From: an uncultured Verrucomicrobiota bacterium
Lineage (GTDB): Bacteria; Verrucomicrobiota; Verrucomicrobiia; Limisphaerales; UBA9464
Assembly (NCBI GenBank): GCA_903880005.1
Contig: CAIRNV010000282.1
Span: 1,354-65,353 of the forward strand
Direction: 5' to 3'
Length of the DNA: 64,000 nt
Positions 1 through 8,666 of the stretch are shown piece by piece. The notes beneath the pieces were generated by a model. The model did not search any database. It was not told where the DNA came from and was given only the letters and a program-made list of their open reading frames with translations. The first letter of the stretch is position 1. Every line of letters starts with the position of its first letter. Made by a program: the position numbers and the translations under genes.

Positions 1-579
1 GCGTGGGCGTTGAACGGCAAGCCGCTCGACCCGGTCCACGGCGCGCCCGTGCGGTTGGTCGTCCCCGGTTGGTATGGCATCGCATGGGTCAAGTGGCTGA
101 CGCGCATCGACGTCATCGACCGGCGGTTCATGGGGAAATGGATGGCGCGCGAGTACGTCACGTTGCGGGGCAACCCGCTTCCGGATGGCTCGACGGACTG
201 GCGCGAGACCTCCGTGTGCACCATGAACGTGAAGTCCATCGCCGCCCGGGCCGTCCGCCGGCCCGATGGTTCCGTGCGGATCACGGGCGCGGCGTGGTCC
301 GATGGCACCCCGCTGCGACGGGTGGAGGTGCGGATCGACGACGGCCCATGGCTTCCCGCCACGTTGGCGCGCAAGCCATCGGCGGCCCGCCACACGTGGA
401 CGTTGTGGCACATCGACTGGCCCAAGCCCACGCCGGGCGACCATACGGTCGTGTCGCGCGCGATCGACGAGGACGGACGCGAGCAACCGCCCGCCGAGGC
501 CGCGCCGATCAAGAACAAGAAGACGTATTGGGAGGCCAACCAACAATGGCCGCGGCGCATTCGGATCGAGGGACCGTGA
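1..579 (+). CDS. Molybdopterin-dependent oxidoreductase, sulfite-oxidase family (C-terminal part; 5' end outside window)
   Basis: Frame is open from base 1 to the stop at 577-579. GAPVRLVVPGWYGIAWVKWLTRIDV is followed by an Ig-like dimerisation-type segment (VRITGAAWSDG..VEVRIDDGPW). Assignment from motif memory only. Confidence 0.7.
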   Translation, partial: AWALNGKPLDPVHGAPVRLVVPGWYGIAWVKWLTRIDVIDRRFMGKWMAREYVTLRGNPLPDGSTDWRETSVCTMNVKSIAARAVRRPDGSVRITGAAWSDGTPLRRVEVRIDDGPWLPATLARKPSAARHTWTLWHIDWPKPTPGDHTVVSRAIDEDGREQPPAEAAPIKNKKTYWEANQQWPRRIRIEGP

Positions 580-691
580 ACCCAACGCCGCCCAGGTCCC
601 GCCCGGCCCGATCCCCTTCGCGGGGAGGCGTGGGCGGGGCCGAGGGGAACTTCTTCATCCCGGCGGTTGCACTTCCCCCAAGACATAGCAC

Positions 692-2035
692 TTGTGTCGC
701 CAGTCACCGGCAAGTCTGCTGGAGTCCTGCTTGAGCGTGAAAGAATCAGCATCCATCCGCCCGTTCGCGTCCCCTTCCGGCGCCACCGCACCCTTGCCCA
801 CCTCCGCGACGTGGACGGATGCGTGGCTCCAGGGAGCGTTCGCCTCGTTTCTTGCCCCGATGCGCCGCGGCCGTCTGGAGGTTCGCTTGCCAGACGGCGA
901 ACGCCTGTCCTTCGGCGGGACCGAGCCCGGCCCCGAGGCCTCCATCGTGGTGAACGACCGTCGGGTGTTTCGTCGTTGTGCCCTTTCCGGCGACATTGGC
1001 TTTGGCGAGGCCTACCAGGCCGGCGAATGGGAATCGGACGACCTCTACGCCGTCATCGCGTGGTTCTGCGCGAACGCCGACACGGCGCCGACGCTCGCGG
1101 GATCGTCGAACCGTCCCCTCAGCCTTCGCCTGTTCTCCGCCGCCAATCGGTTGCGCCACCTGTTCAATCGCAACACGCGGTCCGGGTCCCGTCGGAACAT
1201 CCACGCGCACTACGACCTCGGGAACGCGTTCTACCGGCTATGGCTCGACCCCACGTTGACGTACTCGGCGGCGTTGTTTGAGGCGCCTGACCAGGCGCTG
1301 GAATCGGCGCAGGTCGCGAAGTACGAGCGGTTGTGCCAGCACCTGCGTCTTCGGCCCGGCCACGAGGTCCTGGAGATTGGGTCGGGCTGGGGCGGCTTCA
1401 CGCGGCATGCGGTGCAGCAGCATGGTTGCCGGGTGACCACGGTCACGCTGAGCACGGAGCAAAGGGACCACGCCCAGGCTTTGTTTGAGCGCGAGGGGAT
1501 CGCCGACCGGGCGAGGGTGCTGCTCATGGACTACCGCGACCTGCCCGGGCTCGGCCAGACCTTCGACCGTATCGCCAGCATCGAGATGCTGGAGGCGGTG
1601 GGCGACTCCTTCCTGGAGACGTATTTCTCGGTGTGCCAACGCCTGCTGCGTCGGGGCGGCCTCTTCGGGGCCCAGTTCATCACCTGCCCGGACTCGCGCT
1701 ACGCCGAGATGCGGCGCGGCGTGGACTGGATCCAGAAGCATGTGTTCCCGGGGTCGCTCCTCTTGTCCGTCCAACGGGTCAACCAAGCCGTCTCACGCAC
1801 GGGCACGATGCATCTCCACGACCTGCGGGACTTCGGCCCCGACTACGCCCGCACGCTTCGCATCTGGCGGGAGCGCTTCAACGAGAGGCTCGACGAGGTG
1901 CGCGACCTCGGTTTCGACACATGGTTCATCCGGACTTGGAACTACTACCTGGCGTACTGCGAGGCCGCGTTCGCGCATCGAAGCATCTCGGTCGTGCAAG
2001 GCATCTGGACGGCCCCCAACAACGCCAGCCTCTAG
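692..2035 (+). CDS. cfa: Cyclopropane-fatty-acyl-phospholipid synthase family SAM-dependent methyltransferase
   Basis: 447-aa ORF with HYDLGNAFYRLWLDPTLTYSAALF, SAM motif VLEIGSGWGG and C-terminal WNYYLAYCEAAF. Start uncertain: TTG 692, TTG 794 or ATG 860. Confidence 0.85.
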   Translation: MCRQSPASLLESCLSVKESASIRPFASPSGATAPLPTSATWTDAWLQGAFASFLAPMRRGRLEVRLPDGERLSFGGTEPGPEASIVVNDRRVFRRCALSGDIGFGEAYQAGEWESDDLYAVIAWFCANADTAPTLAGSSNRPLSLRLFSAANRLRHLFNRNTRSGSRRNIHAHYDLGNAFYRLWLDPTLTYSAALFEAPDQALESAQVAKYERLCQHLRLRPGHEVLEIGSGWGGFTRHAVQQHGCRVTTVTLSTEQRDHAQALFEREGIADRARVLLMDYRDLPGLGQTFDRIASIEMLEAVGDSFLETYFSVCQRLLRRGGLFGAQFITCPDSRYAEMRRGVDWIQKHVFPGSLLLSVQRVNQAVSRTGTMHLHDLRDFGPDYARTLRIWRERFNERLDEVRDLGFDTWFIRTWNYYLAYCEAAFAHRSISVVQGIWTAPNNASL

Positions 2036-2079
2036 CCCGGTCCCGCATCGCCTTCGTGGCGAACCTTCCAAATCGTCCC

Positions 2080-2421
2080 ATGTCCCGCGCATCCATCGCC
2101 GCTTGGTTCTGCCTCGTGCTCGTCGCCATGCTGGGGGTCACGGGTTGGGCGTCGAGCGAGGTGGCGCTGTGGAAGACGCCGCGGGCCGTGGCCACGCACC
2201 CATGGTTCATCGCCACGCTGTTCGACGCCTACTTTGGGTTCACCGCCTTCTGGATCTGGCTCGCCTGGCGCGAGTCGGGGGCCCTCGCACGTGCGGCATG
2301 GCTCGTGGCCATCCTGCTGCTGGGCAACATCGCCATGGCGGCCTACGTGCTGGTGGAGCTTTGGAGGCTCCCGCCGGGTTCGACGGCCTCCGCCTTGTTC
2401 ACCCGCAAGCCCCGCCCATGA
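2080..2421 (+). CDS. Small three-TM membrane protein of unknown function (DUF1475-like, tentative)
   Basis: 113 aa from ATG 2080 (MSRASIAAWFCLVLV...) with three hydrophobic spans. Its stop overlaps the next start (ATGA at 2418-2421). Confidence 0.55.
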   Translation: MSRASIAAWFCLVLVAMLGVTGWASSEVALWKTPRAVATHPWFIATLFDAYFGFTAFWIWLAWRESGALARAAWLVAILLLGNIAMAAYVLVELWRLPPGSTASALFTRKPRP

Positions 2422-3251
2422 ACTTCCTCGTCCTGGCCGTGGCCGCCCTCGCCTTTGTCGTCGTCGAGATGACGGCCACGTGGTGGGCCGCCCGACCCCT
2501 GCGCAACTTCGGGATCGTGGATGTCGTCTGGTCGTTTGGCTTCGCTCCCGTCGCCCTGCTCTTCTTGCTGCTCTCCGGCGAGGGTCAGCCGCTTCACGAA
2601 CGCGTCGCCCCGGTCGTGCTCGTCGCCATGATGGTGCTGTGGTCCGTCCGGCTTGGATCCCACCTCTTCGTGCGCGTCCGGGCGCATCATCCCGTGGAGG
2701 ATGTGCGCTATGCCCGGCTCCGGGCCGAGTGGGGGCCGAGGACGGACGCGAAGATGTATCGGTTCTTCCTCCTCCAGGGCGTGTTGCAGGTCGTCTTGGC
2801 GCTTCCGGCCGCATGGGTATGCCTCGACCCGGCGCGGCGGGAGGGTGTGGGCGGGCTGGGCATCAGCGGCGGCGCGGGGTTGACGATCTGGGCCATGGGC
2901 ATCGTGGGTGAATCCGTGGCCGACCGGCAATTGGCCCGCTTCAGGGCCCAGCCCGGCAACAAGGGGAAGGTGTGCGACGTGGGCATGTGGCGATGGTCGC
3001 GCCATCCGAACTACTTCTTCGAGTGGTTGGTTTGGGTGGGATATGCCGTGTTCGCCAGCGGGTCCGCGTGGGGTTGGTTGGGTGGGTTGTCACCGGTCCT
3101 CATGCTTCACTTCCTCATGAACGTCACAGGGATCCCCATGACCGAGGCCTTGTCCGTCGAGTCGAAGGGCGAGGCCTACCGACGCTACCAACGCACGACC
3201 AGCGCCTTCTTTCCGTGGCCACCGCGACCCGATCCCACGCCCGCCCCATGA
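2418..3251 (+). CDS. DUF1295 / steroid-5-alpha-reductase-like polytopic membrane protein
   Basis: 277 aa and polytopic. C-terminal [18 protein letters not shown] carries the RHPNY signature shared by DUF1295/ICMT-type enzymes. ATGA start/stop overlaps on both sides. Confidence 0.8.
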   Translation: MNFLVLAVAALAFVVVEMTATWWAARPLRNFGIVDVVWSFGFAPVALLFLLLSGEGQPLHERVAPVVLVAMMVLWSVRLGSHLFVRVRAHHPVEDVRYARLRAEWGPRTDAKMYRFFLLQGVLQVVLALPAAWVCLDPARREGVGGLGISGGAGLTIWAMGIVGESVADRQLARFRAQPGNKGKVCDVGMWRWSRHPNYFFEWLVWVGYAVFASGSAWGWLGGLSPVLMLHFLMNVTGIPMTEALSVESKGEAYRRYQRTTSAFFPWPPRPDPTPAP

Positions 3252-4333
3252 TTGACGCCCTTCTCGCACGCGATGTTTTTCCGGACCCGGTCTTGCGGTT
3301 TGGCATTCGACAACTGCTGCGTCGGCGGCTGCGGGAGGAGGACGCCGGCGACGTGGAGGGCGGGCGGCAACGGCTGATGCGGATGGTGGCGGAGTTGCGC
3401 GAGGCGCCCATCGCGATCGAGACGGCCGCCGCCAACGAGCAGCACTACGAGGTGCCCACGCGGTTCTACCAGCTTTGCCTGGGCCCCAACCTCAAGTACT
3501 CCAGCGGCTACTACCCCACGCTCACGGAGTCGCTCGCGGTGGCCGAGGAAACGATGCTGGGCCTGACGTGTCAACGAGCCGGCATCGCGGACGGCCAGGA
3601 GATCCTCGAGCTTGGGTGCGGATGGGGTTCGTTGACCCTTTGGATGGCGTCGCGCTATCCCAATGCTCGGGTCACGGCCGTGTCCAACTCGCGGACGCAG
3701 AAGCTCCACATCGACGCGGAGGCCGCGCGACGGGGGTTGCGCAACGTCCAGGTCGTGACGCGCGACATGAACGACTTCGAGCCGCCGATCGCATGGGGCC
3801 ATGCGTCGAACGTGGAACGGTGCTCGCACCGCTTCGACCGCGTCGTCTCCGTCGAGATGTTCGAGCACATGAAGAACTACCGCTCGCTCATGGGCCGGAT
3901 CGCGCGGTGGCTCAAGCCCGACGGACGTCTCTTCGTGCACATCTTCACCCACCAGCGATTCGCCTATCACTTCGTGGCGCAGGACGACACCGACTGGATG
4001 TCCCGATACTTCTTCACGGGCGGGATCATGCCGAGCGACGACCTGCTGCTGTACTTCCAGGACGATTTGCTGCTTGAGGAGCATTGGGTGGTCAACGGAC
4101 GCCATTACGGGCGCACGGCCAACCATTGGCTGGCGAACATGGACGCCCACGAGGCCGAGATTCGCCCGCTCCTCGCGGCGACTTATGGGGCGGCCTACGA
4201 AACGCGATGGTGGGTTTACTGGCGCGTCTTCTTCATGGCGTGCGCGGAGCTGTGGAACTTCCGCGACGGCAACGAGTGGCATGTCAGCCACTATCGGTTC
4301 CGGCCGCGAGGGAACACGGATGGACCGGCTTAG
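3248..4333 (+). CDS. Second CFA-synthase-like SAM-dependent methyltransferase
   Basis: [27 protein letters not shown] motif [10 protein letters not shown] and [16 protein letters not shown]. The last 7 nt, including the TAG stop, lie inside repeat copy A. Confidence 0.85.
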   Translation: MIDALLARDVFPDPVLRFGIRQLLRRRLREEDAGDVEGGRQRLMRMVAELREAPIAIETAAANEQHYEVPTRFYQLCLGPNLKYSSGYYPTLTESLAVAEETMLGLTCQRAGIADGQEILELGCGWGSLTLWMASRYPNARVTAVSNSRTQKLHIDAEAARRGLRNVQVVTRDMNDFEPPIAWGHASNVERCSHRFDRVVSVEMFEHMKNYRSLMGRIARWLKPDGRLFVHIFTHQRFAYHFVAQDDTDWMSRYFFTGGIMPSDDLLLYFQDDLLLEEHWVVNGRHYGRTANHWLANMDAHEAEIRPLLAATYGAAYETRWWVYWRVFFMACAELWNFRDGNEWHVSHYRFRPRGNTDGPA

Positions 4334-4503
4334 CCGGAACGATTCAGTTGGATCGGTCGTGCTTGCTCGATCTGCTTCCGCAAATCCTTCGTCGTTCGCT
4401 CGTTACGGGCGTGGCACTGGCCCGCGCCTCGCTCACTCCTCGGCTTGCGCAAGCATCTGCTTCGCAATCACTTCCCTTCCAACTGAATCGTCCCGGCTCA
4501 GCC
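4327..4503 (+). repeat. Intergenic imperfect-palindromic element, copy A (full length, MITE/REP-like)
   Basis: Left arm 4327-4352 ggcttagccggaacgattcagttgga matches the reverse complement of right arm 4478-4503 at 24 of 26 positions. The interior is also partly self-complementary. The first ~110 nt recur at 15113 and, more diverged, at 17692 and 23790. Confidence 0.7.
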
Positions 4504-4550
4504 ATGATCGCGTTGGTGCATCGGGGAGCCACCTCGGGTAACGTCGCCTC

Positions 4551-5315
4551 ATGTCACCCGCAGAGGCGGCCGCACTGCTCGATCAGTTCAAGAAGGACGA
4601 GGTTGGCCGAGACGAAGTCATCCGCGCGTTTCAGGCGGCCCCGGTCATCGACCTTGGGTTCGCCGTCGTGGACACCCATCGTGCCCTCCGAAAGGGCTTT
4701 CCCGAGGTGATCTTCGGGGCCGGCAAGACACCGGAGCAACTGGCCGCCATTGCATCCAAGATCGTGGGCACCGACCGGCGGGTGCTTGCGACGCGCGTGA
4801 ACGACGCCCACGTGGAGGCGCTTCGTTCCGTGTTTCCCAGCGCCGTTCACCATGCCTCCGCCCGCCTCCTGACCGTCGAGGACGGCCCCCTGCCCAAGCG
4901 CGACGGCGTCATTGCCGTGGTCGCGGCCGGCACCACGGACCTGCCCGTGGCCGAGGAGGCCGCGATCACCGCCGAGTTCATGGGCAATCACGTGAAGCGC
5001 ATCTATGACGTCGGGGTGGCCGGCCTGCACCGCATCCTGGCCCGCGTCCCCGACCTGCAACGGGCCGCCGTGGTCATCGTCGTCGCGGGCATGGAGGCCG
5101 CGCTGCCGTCCGTCGTGGGCGGGTTGGTGGCGCGGCCCATCATCGCCGTCCCCACCAGCGTGGGCTACGGCACCCACTTTGGCGGGCTCACCGCCCTCCT
5201 GGGCATGCTCAACTCCTGCGCGAGCGGGCTCACCGTCGTGAACATCGACAACGGCTTCGGCGCCGCCTACGCGGCGAACGCCATCAACGAACTCGCCCAC
5301 CCCCTCCACGCGTGA
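4551..5315 (+). CDS. larB: Nickel-pincer cofactor biosynthesis protein LarB (PurE-like carboxylase/hydrolase)
   Basis: 254 aa with DTHRALRKGFPEVIFGAGKT, VAAGTTDLPVAEEA and VVAGMEAALPSVVGGL, the pattern typical of LarB/NCAIR-mutase-related proteins. Confidence 0.85.
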   Translation: MSPAEAAALLDQFKKDEVGRDEVIRAFQAAPVIDLGFAVVDTHRALRKGFPEVIFGAGKTPEQLAAIASKIVGTDRRVLATRVNDAHVEALRSVFPSAVHHASARLLTVEDGPLPKRDGVIAVVAAGTTDLPVAEEAAITAEFMGNHVKRIYDVGVAGLHRILARVPDLQRAAVVIVVAGMEAALPSVVGGLVARPIIAVPTSVGYGTHFGGLTALLGMLNSCASGLTVVNIDNGFGAAYAANAINELAHPLHA

Positions 5316-6649
5316 AACGTCTCCACCTCGACCTCTCGGCCGGCGCGTCCGGCGACATGTTCGTCGCCGCCCTCATCGACCTCGGCGCCGATCACCACGA
5401 GATCGCGCGCCAACTTCGCCTCCTGCACGTCGATGGCTATCACCTGCACGTCGCTCGCCGCTCCAAGATGGCGATCGAGGGGATCAAGTTCGACGTGCAC
5501 GTGGAGGCCGATGGCCCTTGCCAGCACGACCACGGGCATGAGCACGGGCATGAGCACGCGCACGACCACGGGCATGGGCACGGCCATGAGCACGGGCATG
5601 AGCACGGGCATGGGCATGAGCACGGGCATGGGCATGGGCACGATCACGGGCATGGGCATGGACGCGGCTTTGCGGAGATCCGGCGTTTGATCGAATCCTC
5701 CAAGCTCTCTCCTTGGGTGCAGCAGCGTGCCGTTTCGGTCTTTCACCGCATCGCGGTGGCCGAGGGCAAGATCCACGGGGTCGAGCCCGAGCGCGTCACG
5801 TTCCATGAAGTGGGCGCGGTGGACTCCATCGTGGACATCGTCGCCGCCTGCATCGCCTTGGAACTCTTGGGGCGTCCCAAGGTGACGGCTGGCGAGGTGG
5901 TGGAAGGAACGGGCTTCGTGCGTTGCGCACATGGGCGGATGCCCCTGCCGGCACCGGCGACCCTCGAGATCCTGGGAGCCCGTGGCATCCCGACCAGCCA
6001 ATGCGAGGAATCCCACGAGATGCTCACGCCCACCGGCGCCGCATTGCTGGCGGAGTTCGCCGAGTCGTTCGGGCCGATGCGCGGCGTCGTGGGGGCTCGC
6101 GTCGGCTACGGCGTGGGCACGAGGGACCACCGAACGCGGGCGAACGTCCTGCGGGCGATCCTATGGGAGGCTTCCAGCGAGGGCGCCGATCGCGGCTGGG
6201 AAACGGACCGGGTCGTGGTCTTGGAGACCAACATTGATGACGCCACGGCCGAGGTCATGGGGCACGCATTGGAGAAGGCGATGCGGCTGGGGGCGCTTGA
6301 TGCCTTCCACGCGCCGGTCCAGATGAAGAAGAACCGGCCTGGCGTGTTGTTCACCGTCGTTTGCCGCGAGGAGGACGCGGACGACCTCACGGAGTTCCTG
6401 CTGGTGGAGACAACGGCCTTCGGGGTGCGTCGCACGCTGGCGGAGCGACGCAAGCTCGCCCGCGAGGTCGTGACGGTCCGGACGCCCCATGGGCAGGTCC
6501 AGGTCAAGCTCGGGCGGCTCGGCGGTCGAGTCGTCCAGGCGTCGCCGGAGTTTGAGAGCTGCCGCTCGGTCGCCGCCATGGCGGGCGTGCCCCTTCGTGA
6601 GGTCATGGCATCAGCCATGGTGGGAATCATGGAGCTGAAGGCCCCTTGA
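5312..6649 (+). CDS. larC: Nickel insertion protein LarC (DUF111), single unsplit ORF with a His-rich tract
   Basis: GTG start overlaps the larB stop (GTGA). N-terminus LDLSAGASGDMFVAALIDLGAD, then FHEVGAVDSIVDIV, plus a roughly 45-aa (H-G/E/D)n tract. Confidence 0.85.
   Translation: MKRLHLDLSAGASGDMFVAALIDLGADHHEIARQLRLLHVDGYHLHVARRSKMAIEGIKFDVHVEADGPCQHDHGHEHGHEHAHDHGHGHGHEHGHEHGHGHEHGHGHGHDHGHGHGRGFAEIRRLIESSKLSPWVQQRAVSVFHRIAVAEGKIHGVEPERVTFHEVGAVDSIVDIVAACIALELLGRPKVTAGEVVEGTGFVRCAHGRMPLPAPATLEILGARGIPTSQCEESHEMLTPTGAALLAEFAESFGPMRGVVGARVGYGVGTRDHRTRANVLRAILWEASSEGADRGWETDRVVVLETNIDDATAEVMGHALEKAMRLGALDAFHAPVQMKKNRPGVLFTVVCREEDADDLTEFLLVETTAFGVRRTLAERRKLAREVVTVRTPHGQVQVKLGRLGGRVVQASPEFESCRSVAAMAGVPLREVMASAMVGIMELKAP
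5525..5662 (+). repeat. Coding microsatellite-like tract (cac ggg cat gag / cat ggg units) encoding the LarC His-rich region
   Basis: Direct reading shows near-perfect 6- and 12-nt periodic units, translating to HDHGHEHGHEHAHDHGHGHGHEHGHEHGHGHEHGHGHGHDHGHGHG. Confidence 0.8.
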
Positions 6650-6735
6650 TGGCACCGCCCCGACCCGTCGCGTAACGCAAACGTCACTTCCCGAGCCTAT
6701 TGACGTCACGCGGCCCGTGCGTGCTTTCCCCTGCG

Positions 6736-7362
6736 ATGTTTTCACTCAAGAAGTTGATCGGCGGCGAGGAGGTCTTTTTCGAGCTGCTGGACAAGAGCGC
6801 CGAGGAAGCGCGGGAGAGCGTGGATCTGCTCGTGCGGCTCCTCGCCAAGCCCGAGGCCGGCAGCCTCGACGACTTCGCGTTGCTGCGCAGGAAGGACAAG
6901 CGCATCACCGAGGAGATCAGCGAGCGGCTCACGACCACCTTTGTGACGCCGCTCGAACGCGAGGACATCGAGGCCCTCAGCAACGCCCTCTACAAGATCC
7001 CCAAGACCCTCGAGAAGTTCGGCGAACGCCTCCTCCTCTGCCCGGAACGCATCCGCAAGGTGGACTTCTCCCGCCAGGCGGCGCTCCTTCTCAAGGCGGC
7101 AGAGGTCGTCCTGGTGATGGTCCGCGCGCTGCGGTCCTCGCCGGACTTGGAGAAGGTGAAGGAACAGAACGACCGGCTTCAATACCTGGAGGGCGAGGCC
7201 GACAAGCTGATGGTGGAGCTGCTTCGCGACCTGTACGCGGGTGAGAAGGACGCCGTCACGGTCATCGCGCTCAAGGACCTGTACGACCTGTTGGAGAAGG
7301 TCATCGACCGTTGCCGCGACGCCGGGAACGTCATCTTCCACATCGTCCTCAAGAATTCCTGA
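6736..7362 (+). CDS. DUF47 (PhoU-like / YkaA-type) phosphate-transport accessory protein
   Basis: MFSLKKLIGGEEVFFELL..., TPLEREDIEALSNALYKIP and LKDLYDLLEKVIDRCRDAGNVI. Canonical partner of the downstream PiT gene. ATG 6736 is preferred over TTG 6700. Confidence 0.8.
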   Translation: MFSLKKLIGGEEVFFELLDKSAEEARESVDLLVRLLAKPEAGSLDDFALLRRKDKRITEEISERLTTTFVTPLEREDIEALSNALYKIPKTLEKFGERLLLCPERIRKVDFSRQAALLLKAAEVVLVMVRALRSSPDLEKVKEQNDRLQYLEGEADKLMVELLRDLYAGEKDAVTVIALKDLYDLLEKVIDRCRDAGNVIFHIVLKNS

Positions 7363-7392
7363 GTCCTCCACGCACGCCTTTCCCAACATGTC

Positions 7393-8493
7393 ATGACGCT
7401 GATCCTCACCGTGATCGTGGTGGCCCTGGTGTTTGAGTACATCAATGGATTCCATGACACCGCCAACTCCATCGCCACGGTGGTCTCGACCAAGGTCCTG
7501 ACCCCGCGCTTGGCGATCCTGCTGGCCGCCTTCACCAACCTGGTGGGTGCCCTGTATGGCACCGCCGTCGCCAAGACGATCAGCTCGGGCGTCCTGGACG
7601 CGAAACTGGTCCCGCCGGAGTGGGCCTCGTGGACGTTGATTTGCGCGCTGGGCGGGGCCGTCGTGTGGAACCTCCTGACCTGGTGGTTTGGCCTGCCGTC
7701 CAGCTCCAGTCATGCATTGATTGGCGGGCTCATTGGGGCGGGCGTCGCCGCGACCCAAAACAACCTGTCGGTCGTTGTGTTCAGCCGGCCCAAGGACGGC
7801 ATGCCGTGGTACAAGTTCGACGGCATCCTCTACAAGGTGATCATCCCGATGTTCCTCTCGCCCGTGATGGGATTCCTGGTGGGGCTGGTCGTCATGACGC
7901 TGCTGTACGTGATGCTTCGTTCGTGGACGCCCAAGTGGGTTTCACTGGCCTTCGGCAAGGCCCAGCTTGCCAGCGCCGCCATCATGGGGTTCAGCCACGG
8001 CAGCAATGACGCGCAGAAGACCATGGGCATCATCGCCCTCGCCCTCGCCGGGGCCCAGGCAGGCGTGCTGGATGGCCTGCCGTCCTGGGCCGAGTTCCTG
8101 CGTCACCCCATGATAAGGGACGCAGCGGGGCAGGAAGGCATCGCGACGTGGATCAAGGTCACGTGCGCCCTCACGATGGCGGCCGGCACGGCGGCGGGTG
8201 GATGGAAGATCATCAAGACGATGGGCCACAAGATGGTGAAGTTGCAGCCCGTCCACGGCTTCGCGGCCGAGACGACCGCCGCCGCCGTCCTGATGACGGC
8301 CGCCCACTTCGGGATGCCCGTCTCCACGACCCATGCCATGACCACGAGCATCATGGGCGTGGGCTGCGCGAAGCGATTCTCGGCCCTGAACCTGGGCGTC
8401 GTGGAGCGCATCCTTTGGGCGTGGTTCCTGACGCTGCCGATGACGGCCTTGGTGGCTTATGCGTTTCTCCAGTGTGTTCGGTGGTTGGCCTGA
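7393..8493 (+). CDS. pit: Inorganic phosphate transporter, PiT family
   Basis: 366 aa and polytopic, with the duplicated PiT signatures GFHDTANSIATVVST and GSNDAQKTMGII. Confidence 0.9.
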   Translation: MTLILTVIVVALVFEYINGFHDTANSIATVVSTKVLTPRLAILLAAFTNLVGALYGTAVAKTISSGVLDAKLVPPEWASWTLICALGGAVVWNLLTWWFGLPSSSSHALIGGLIGAGVAATQNNLSVVVFSRPKDGMPWYKFDGILYKVIIPMFLSPVMGFLVGLVVMTLLYVMLRSWTPKWVSLAFGKAQLASAAIMGFSHGSNDAQKTMGIIALALAGAQAGVLDGLPSWAEFLRHPMIRDAAGQEGIATWIKVTCALTMAAGTAAGGWKIIKTMGHKMVKLQPVHGFAAETTAAAVLMTAAHFGMPVSTTHAMTTSIMGVGCAKRFSALNLGVVERILWAWFLTLPMTALVAYAFLQCVRWLA

Positions 8494-8666
8494 CCCCGGG
8501 TATGGCGGTTGCGCCGCAATTTCCTCCGCAAGACCTTTAGTGAGCGAGGCGTCCCGCCGGTGTTCCGGAGGAGCGGGATGACGAGCCAACGACGAAGCGT
8601 CTTGGCCGCCGCGTGAAGGCACGCGGCCTACAGCATGGACACGAGCCAGCGCCGGCCCGGGCCCGC

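Noticed and set aside
5525-5662. Periodic repeats checked as a possible CRISPR array
   Set aside because: The units are 6-12 nt, contiguous, in frame and without spacers. There are no cas genes in the window.
5267-6130. Minus-strand ORF with PMPVLMPMPV repeats, and plus-strand ORF 5433..5690 with GMSTGM repeats
   Set aside because: Both are alternative-frame or antisense readings of the larC His-codon microsatellite. LarC motifs flank the tract in the called frame.
8608-8627. Hairpin GCCGCGTG-aagg-CACGCGGC between the convergent pit and dnaB genes as a bidirectional terminator
   Set aside because: The stem is only 8 bp and there is no U- or A-tract on either side. This is too weak to call.
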